This document shows, piece after piece, positions 58,877 through 64,000 of a stretch of 64,000 bases of DNA. This stretch comes from Promethearchaeota archaeon. GTDB taxonomy: Archaea; Asgardarchaeota; Lokiarchaeia; Sigyniarchaeales; SOKP01. Both the position numbers and the translations under genes were made by a program. The stretch lies in contig JAUVNS010000013.1 of the NCBI GenBank assembly GCA_030599585.1, positions 69,782 through 133,781 on the forward strand. Reading direction: 5' to 3'. The notes below the pieces were generated by a model that saw only the letters and a list, made by a program, of their open reading frames with translations, was not told the DNA's origin and did no database searches. Each line of letters opens with the position of its first letter. Position 1 is the stretch's first letter.

Positions 58877-61800
58877 TTAAACAAAATAAAAAATAAGAAT
58901 TAATGACAACACGAAAAAGGATGCAATAAGAAGTTTTTTCAATTTACCTTTATCTTTATTGTTTAAAGATTTAAAATATCTACTTGTCGTTGTTTTAATC
59001 GTAAGCGGAATCATTACAACTAAACCTAAAGCGGGTAATATTAGGCCAAGTGGATCTAAAAGAAATTTTGGTAACTCGACAGGTTTTTCTACAATTAAAG
59101 TTAATTCAGTATAGGCTTCATTTCCAAGAGTATCCATAGCACAAAATCTAATAGTTATTATAGCTCCTTGAGCCAGATTATCCCAAACTTGTTCCCATAA
59201 AATCTGATCAATTCTTCCTATCAAACCTGCAAATAGTCTTGTAGTTCCATCTCCATCAATCGTATACCAACAAGAATCTACACCGTTTTCATCAAAAATT
59301 AAAAGTTCAAAATAAGGTGCACTTCGATCAACTTTCTGGTTCTCAGTAGGCTCAATAATAGTGATATTTGGGCCAACTGTGTCCTTTGAAAGGTTTAATA
59401 TGTTAAAATGATTAACATTCCCCATAGTATCGTTAGCAAAAAGTTCTACGTTAAACTCTCCTTGGGGTAGAGAATTCCATATAAAGAAATCAATAAATTG
59501 TGTTATATTATCCGTAATATCTATTAAATTATCATTAATGAGATACCAAACTTTATCCAAATTAGGCTCTATAATTGTAAGATTGATAAATGGCGATGAT
59601 GCAAAAGCAGTGTAATTATTCGGTGCATTGATTCTAATTATAGGCATAATTGGATCTTTTCTTATGGAAACTTCATCAAATCCGATTTTCCCAAATGAGT
59701 CATTGATATAAAATCTCAAAGTAATTATATCGAAACCAAAATTATCCCACAAAGCTTGATTTATTGTTCCGTTATATCCTATGAATGTGATATTTGTTAT
59801 TCCATTATCTAATGTGTACCATGTTGACTGAAGTAGTGGTCCTGATTTATAAATAGTAAAATTAGGAGCCGTAACCCCAAATAAGTCATCATTTCCTGGT
59901 AAAGTTATGGTAATAATCGGATCAAAAATATTTTTTTGAACAGTTATTTCTTTATATCCTATATTACCGGCAGTATCATTAGCATAAAACCTTAATGAAA
60001 CAGTTCCGTTCCCAAATAAATCCCAAGTTGATTGATCAATTATACCGCTAAAACCGGTAAAAGGTATAATTGTAGATTCTCCAATAAGAATATACCAGCT
60101 AGTGTTAAGATTATCTTCTGTAACAGAAATTGTAAAACTAGGGGCGGTATCCCCATAAATATCATTAGGTTGGGGTAAAATTATATCTATTACGGGTTGA
60201 ACTGTATCCTTATATAACGTCAATCTTATCGAATCATTTATGTTTCCAAGAGAGTCTTCTGCAAAAATGTCAACAAAAAATATCCCATCTGATAAACCAG
60301 ACCAAATAAAGATATTAAGGTACTCATCAGTATTGTTTGATAAAATTACTGGAGAATAACCTACTACTTGATAGCTAATTGAAACTGAATTCGGATCATA
60401 GGCTCCTACATTAAAGATTGGGCAGGCATTCCAATATGTATTATTTAGGGGTAAATTAATAGTCACGAAGGGTGCTACTGTATCCTTATAGAGTGTTAAA
60501 ATAATACTATCGTTTAAGTTGCCCGCTGTATCATTTGCAAAAATATTTATTTGGAATTCTCCTTGGCCCAAACTATTCCATATAGAAAGATCAAATGATT
60601 CTAATCCCGAAAGTATCACCTTAGTCCCCATGGCAGTATACCATATGGTATCAGGATTGAAGTCAGATATAGATATATCCATTATAGGTGGAGCGGAATA
60701 GAATGTATTATTATCTGGGGAATTAACCGTTATCATCGGTACAGTAATATCTTTAATAAGAGTCAGATTCACGGAGTTACTAGTATAACCAAATGTATCG
60801 TTAGCATAAAATTCAAGAGTAAAAGCCCCTTCACTTAAGCCATTCCAGATAGAAGAGTCGAGAAGCTGCTCAGTATTGTTAAATATAAATATAATACTTG
60901 GACCAACTTTATAATAGATTGTTTGAAGGTTCGGGTCAAGATAAGAAATCTTTAAAACTGGAGGTGAATTGTAGTATGTGAAATTATTAGGGAGAATAGT
61001 TTCAAAAACGGGCGCCATAGTATCCTTGTATAATGTTAAAACATAAGTATCATTAAGATGGCCGAAACTGTCATAAGCAGTGACACTAACAAGAAACTCT
61101 CCCTGAGGAAGGTTATCCCAAATATCTTGATTAAGTAATTCTTCTGTACTATTCTCTAACCAAATGTTAACTGGAAGATATCCAATAACCGTGTAGGTAA
61201 GAGAGATGAAATTTGGATCAAAAACGGTAATATTAATTGGAGGTGGTGAATTAAAAGAGAAATAATCATTCGGTTGATTAATTATAAGTTTAGGCGCGAG
61301 GGTGTCCTTATAAAAAGTTAAAGATATTGGATCATTCATATATCCTAAGGTATCATTAGCAAAAATCTCTATTGTGAATATCCCTTGAGGAAAATTATCC
61401 CAAATAGCACTCAGTAGCGTAATATCAGTATTATTTGAAATAAATACATTAGTCATTCCGACACGATACCAGATTGAATGATTATTTGGTTCATAAACCG
61501 AAACTCTGAAATTCGGTTCAAAATTACAATAAGAATTATTACTTATTGGATTCACAAAAGTAATAGTAACTTCTGGGGGATTTGGGTCTTTTCTTATGGT
61601 AATTACATCAAACCCTATTTTTCCCAAAGAGTCATTAATGTAGAATGTGACAATCACATCTCCAAAACCATAATTATCCCAGGCAACTTGGTTAATTGCG
61701 ACATTTAATCCAAAAAAGGTATAGTTTGTTATCCCATAATCTATAGTATACCAAGTAGTATTTAATTCGAGTCCCGCTTTATAAAGTGTAATATCAGGAG

Positions 61801-64000
61801 CTTCAATCCCATATAAATCATTATTTTCAGGCGAAACAATTGTAATTATAGGAGCAAAAATGTTCTTTCTGACTGTTACTTCAATAAATCCAAGATTATT
61901 AAGAGTGTCGTTTGCGTAGAATCTAAAAGTTACTGTACCGTTCCAAAATTCATCCCAAGCCGTTTGATTTATTGTTCCAGTTAATTCATTAAATGTATAA
62001 TTCAAAGAATTCCGTGTTTGGTTATACAACACGTACCATGTCTGGTTTAAGTTAAGCTCACTAATGAGAAGTTCAAAATCGGGAGCAATATCACCAAAAA
62101 GGTCGTCTGGATTTGGATTAACGATCGTGATTACTGGGTCTCGTACATCTTTATTTAGGTCCAATTTGAATAAATCATTTAAGTTACCGGCCGAATCATT
62201 AGCAAAAAAATAAATTGTAAAAGCACCTTCTTCAGAAATACTATCCCAAATGCTAATGAGCAATTGTTGGCTTGTATTATTTATTAATTCTACTTCCTGA
62301 GCTCCTACTTGGTACCATAATGAATCAAAATAGGGATCTAAGACTGTTACATTTATAAAAGGTGCTAACTTGTGAAATGTATTATTTGAAGGGGAATTTA
62401 TTAGCAATGTTGGAAAAACTATATCTTTATGAAGTATAAGAATATAGTTGTCGTTTAGATGACCAAAACTATCATTTGCATATATCTGAACTTCAAATTC
62501 GCCTTCATCTGGTAATGCATTCCAAATTGAGATATTTAACTGTTGTAGTTCGTTATTCTGCAGGGTAATATTAACATTTTTAACACTATACCAAATTGAA
62601 TCTAGGTTAGGGTCAGTGGCACTTATATTTAGATAAGGAACTGTATTCCAGTAGGTATTGTTTACTGGCAAATTTATTCCTACTGAAGGAGCCTTTGTAT
62701 CTTTATATAATGTTATTGTTAGATCAGTTCTATGACCAAAAATGTCAAAACTCGTAAATTCTATGTGGAATTCTCCTTCTGGTAAGATATCCCAAATAAC
62801 TTGATTTAAAGTAACTTCTGTATTATTATCCAATTGATTATTTATCGGAGAATATCCTTTCACAGTGTAAGTACAATCAGGTACACTAGGATTTGGCTCA
62901 TAGACAGTAATATTAATTGGAGGAGGTGAATTGTAATAGGAATTATTAATAGGACCATTAATTATTATTATTGGATTTGTAGTGTCTAGTCCTATAGTAT
63001 CAATGAATTGAGAAACAAATCCTACATTATCTTTAATTTCATAAAAGACCGTTTTAATACCATCACCAGTAGATAGTGTCCAAGACCTAGTTGCGCCAAC
63101 AGCTTCCCAGACAGTCCATGAACTGCCATCGTTACTGTACCGCACTTCAATCACTCCAGATGTAGCATCGTCATATGTTAATGATAAAGATATGCTAGTG
63201 GAAGTTGTCCATGTATCACCATCATTAATAGTTATAGACCCTGTAGGTGCTGTCGTATCCAAAATAATTGTATCGGTAAATTGAGAGATCAAACTGGCAT
63301 TGTCCTTTACCTCATAATAAACTGTTGTAGTGCCATCGCCAACTTCTAAAGTCCAAGCTCGAGTTGCACCTGGAGCTTCCCAAGCAGTCCATGAGCTACC
63401 ATCATTACTGTATCGCACTTCAAGCACTCCAGATGTGGCATCGTCGCAGGTCAATGACAGTGTTACACTGGTGGAATTTGTCCATGTATCACCATCATTA
63501 ATAATTATAGAACCTGATGGAACTACAGTGTCTAAAATAATTGTGTCAGTGAATTGAGAAATTAGACTTGCATTATCTTTAACTTCATAATAGACCGTTG
63601 TAGTACCATCGCCATCTTCTAAAGTCCAAGCTCTGGTCGAACCTGGAACCTCCCAGGCAGTCCACGAATTACCATCGTTACTGTAACGTACTTCAAGCAC
63701 TCCAGATGTGGCATCGTCGTACGTCAACGACAGCGTCGCACTGGTGGAATTTACCCATGTATCACCACCATTGATAACTATAGACCCTAATGGAACTACC
63801 GTGTCTAAAATAATTGTATCGGTAAATTGAGAGATCAGACTGGCATTATCTTTTACTTCATAATAGACCGTTGTAATGCCATCGCCGACTTCTAAATTCC
63901 AAGCTCTGGTCGAAACTGGAGCCTCCCAGGCAGTCCACGAGCTACCATCGTTACTGTATCGCACTTCAAGCACTCCAGATGTGGCATCGTCGTACGTCAA
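58877..64000 (-). CDS. Giant Ig-like repeat cell-surface glycoprotein, C-terminally anchored (5'-partial)
   Basis: Open to the window edge; ~91-95 aa repeats (D..AP.I.I..P...WY...W...G...ANDT.G); many N-x-S/T sequons; two C-terminal TM helices. Confidence 0.88.
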   Translation of the reverse strand: MTYDDATSGVLEVRYSNDGSSWTAWEAPVSTRAWNLEVGDGITTVYYEVKDNASLISQFTDTIILDTVVPLGSIVINGGDTWVNSTSATLSLTYDDATSGVLEVRYSNDGNSWTAWEVPGSTRAWTLEDGDGTTTVYYEVKDNASLISQFTDTIILDTVVPSGSIIINDGDTWTNSTSVTLSLTCDDATSGVLEVRYSNDGSSWTAWEAPGATRAWTLEVGDGTTTVYYEVKDNASLISQFTDTIILDTTAPTGSITINDGDTWTTSTSISLSLTYDDATSGVIEVRYSNDGSSWTVWEAVGATRSWTLSTGDGIKTVFYEIKDNVGFVSQFIDTIGLDTTNPIIIINGPINNSYYNSPPPINITVYEPNPSVPDCTYTVKGYSPINNQLDNNTEVTLNQVIWDILPEGEFHIEFTSFDIFGHRTDLTITLYKDTKAPSVGINLPVNNTYWNTVPYLNISATDPNLDSIWYSVKNVNITLQNNELQQLNISIWNALPDEGEFEVQIYANDSFGHLNDNYILILHKDIVFPTLLINSPSNNTFHKLAPFINVTVLDPYFDSLWYQVGAQEVELINNTSQQLLISIWDSISEEGAFTIYFFANDSAGNLNDLFKLDLNKDVRDPVITIVNPNPDDLFGDIAPDFELLISELNLNQTWYVLYNQTRNSLNYTFNELTGTINQTAWDEFWNGTVTFRFYANDTLNNLGFIEVTVRKNIFAPIITIVSPENNDLYGIEAPDITLYKAGLELNTTWYTIDYGITNYTFFGLNVAINQVAWDNYGFGDVIVTFYINDSLGKIGFDVITIRKDPNPPEVTITFVNPISNNSYCNFEPNFRVSVYEPNNHSIWYRVGMTNVFISNNTDITLLSAIWDNFPQGIFTIEIFANDTLGYMNDPISLTFYKDTLAPKLIINQPNDYFSFNSPPPINITVFDPNFISLTYTVIGYLPVNIWLENSTEELLNQDIWDNLPQGEFLVSVTAYDSFGHLNDTYVLTLYKDTMAPVFETILPNNFTYYNSPPVLKISYLDPNLQTIYYKVGPSIIFIFNNTEQLLDSSIWNGLSEGAFTLEFYANDTFGYTSNSVNLTLIKDITVPMITVNSPDNNTFYSAPPIMDISISDFNPDTIWYTAMGTKVILSGLESFDLSIWNSLGQGEFQINIFANDTAGNLNDSIILTLYKDTVAPFVTINLPLNNTYWNACPIFNVGAYDPNSVSISYQVVGYSPVILSNNTDEYLNIFIWSGLSDGIFFVDIFAEDSLGNINDSIRLTLYKDTVQPVIDIILPQPNDIYGDTAPSFTISVTEDNLNTSWYILIGESTIIPFTGFSGIIDQSTWDLFGNGTVSLRFYANDTAGNIGYKEITVQKNIFDPIITITLPGNDDLFGVTAPNFTIYKSGPLLQSTWYTLDNGITNITFIGYNGTINQALWDNFGFDIITLRFYINDSFGKIGFDEVSIRKDPIMPIIRINAPNNYTAFASSPFINLTIIEPNLDKVWYLINDNLIDITDNITQFIDFFIWNSLPQGEFNVELFANDTMGNVNHFNILNLSKDTVGPNITIIEPTENQKVDRSAPYFELLIFDENGVDSCWYTIDGDGTTRLFAGLIGRIDQILWEQVWDNLAQGAIITIRFCAMDTLGNEAYTELTLIVEKPVELPKFLLDPLGLILPALGLVVMIPLTIKTTTSRYFKSLNNKDKGKLKKLLIASFFVLSLILIFYFV
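62980..64000 (-). repeat. 273-bp near-identical tandem repeats (at least 4 copies, first partial)
   Basis: Equivalent positions at 64000, 63727, 63454 and 63181 are exactly 273 bp apart; each encodes T.DDATSGV.EVRYSNDG.SWT.WE. Confidence 0.93.

Noticed and set aside
6-63557. Short ORF-track entries overlapping longer genes (e.g. 6-299, 18383-18742, 22581-22874, 32328-32684, 49507-49749, 55839-56375, 63330-63557)
   Set aside because: Antisense or out-of-frame shadows of well-supported genes; no recognisable motifs
62980-64000. Tandem repeats as a CRISPR array or DGR template/variable pair
   Set aside because: 273-bp in-frame coding units with no spacers; no cas or reverse transcriptase gene in the window
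63998-64000. TTG start of the 1707-aa ORF
   Set aside because: Window edge in the middle of a repeat; the gene continues beyond the window

Overview
AT-rich, gene-dense archaeal DNA, most likely an Asgard archaeon (Lokiarchaeia/Promethearchaeia). This call rests on archaeal uL16/L10e, split methylmalonyl-CoA mutase, FrhB, a geranylgeranyl reductase family enzyme, an Asgard-type profilin, several Rag/Arf/MglA-like small GTPases and an arrestin-fold protein. Housekeeping and metabolic content: grpE divergent from dnaK-dnaJ, DRG GTPase, mutase-MeaB operon, sulfatase + GH94 phosphorylase + sugar transporter, radical SAM enzymes, and a partial giant Ig-repeat surface protein at the right edge. I saw no tRNA, rRNA, CRISPR array or transposase. 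Two candidate undescribed systems stand out, both from motif reading by eye and both needing HMM or structure confirmation. (1) 53.9-56.4 kb: a protein with tandem HhH DNA-binding domains, a BRO1-like domain and a steadiness-box-like hairpin, translationally coupled to a 2-TM winged-helix protein. This is a possible DNA-membrane-ESCRT coupling module. (2) 43.3-46.6 kb: a membrane histidine kinase, a response regulator whose output domain looks like a longin/uDENN domain, and an adjacent small GTPase, i.e. two-component signalling possibly wired into a eukaryote-type GTPase switch. Also notable: three genes that seem to need non-canonical (ATT/CTG) start codons, a C-terminal domain shared by FrhB and the arrestin-like protein, an acyl-CoA synthetase lacking its catalytic His loop, and an in-frame A16 tract in the kinase.
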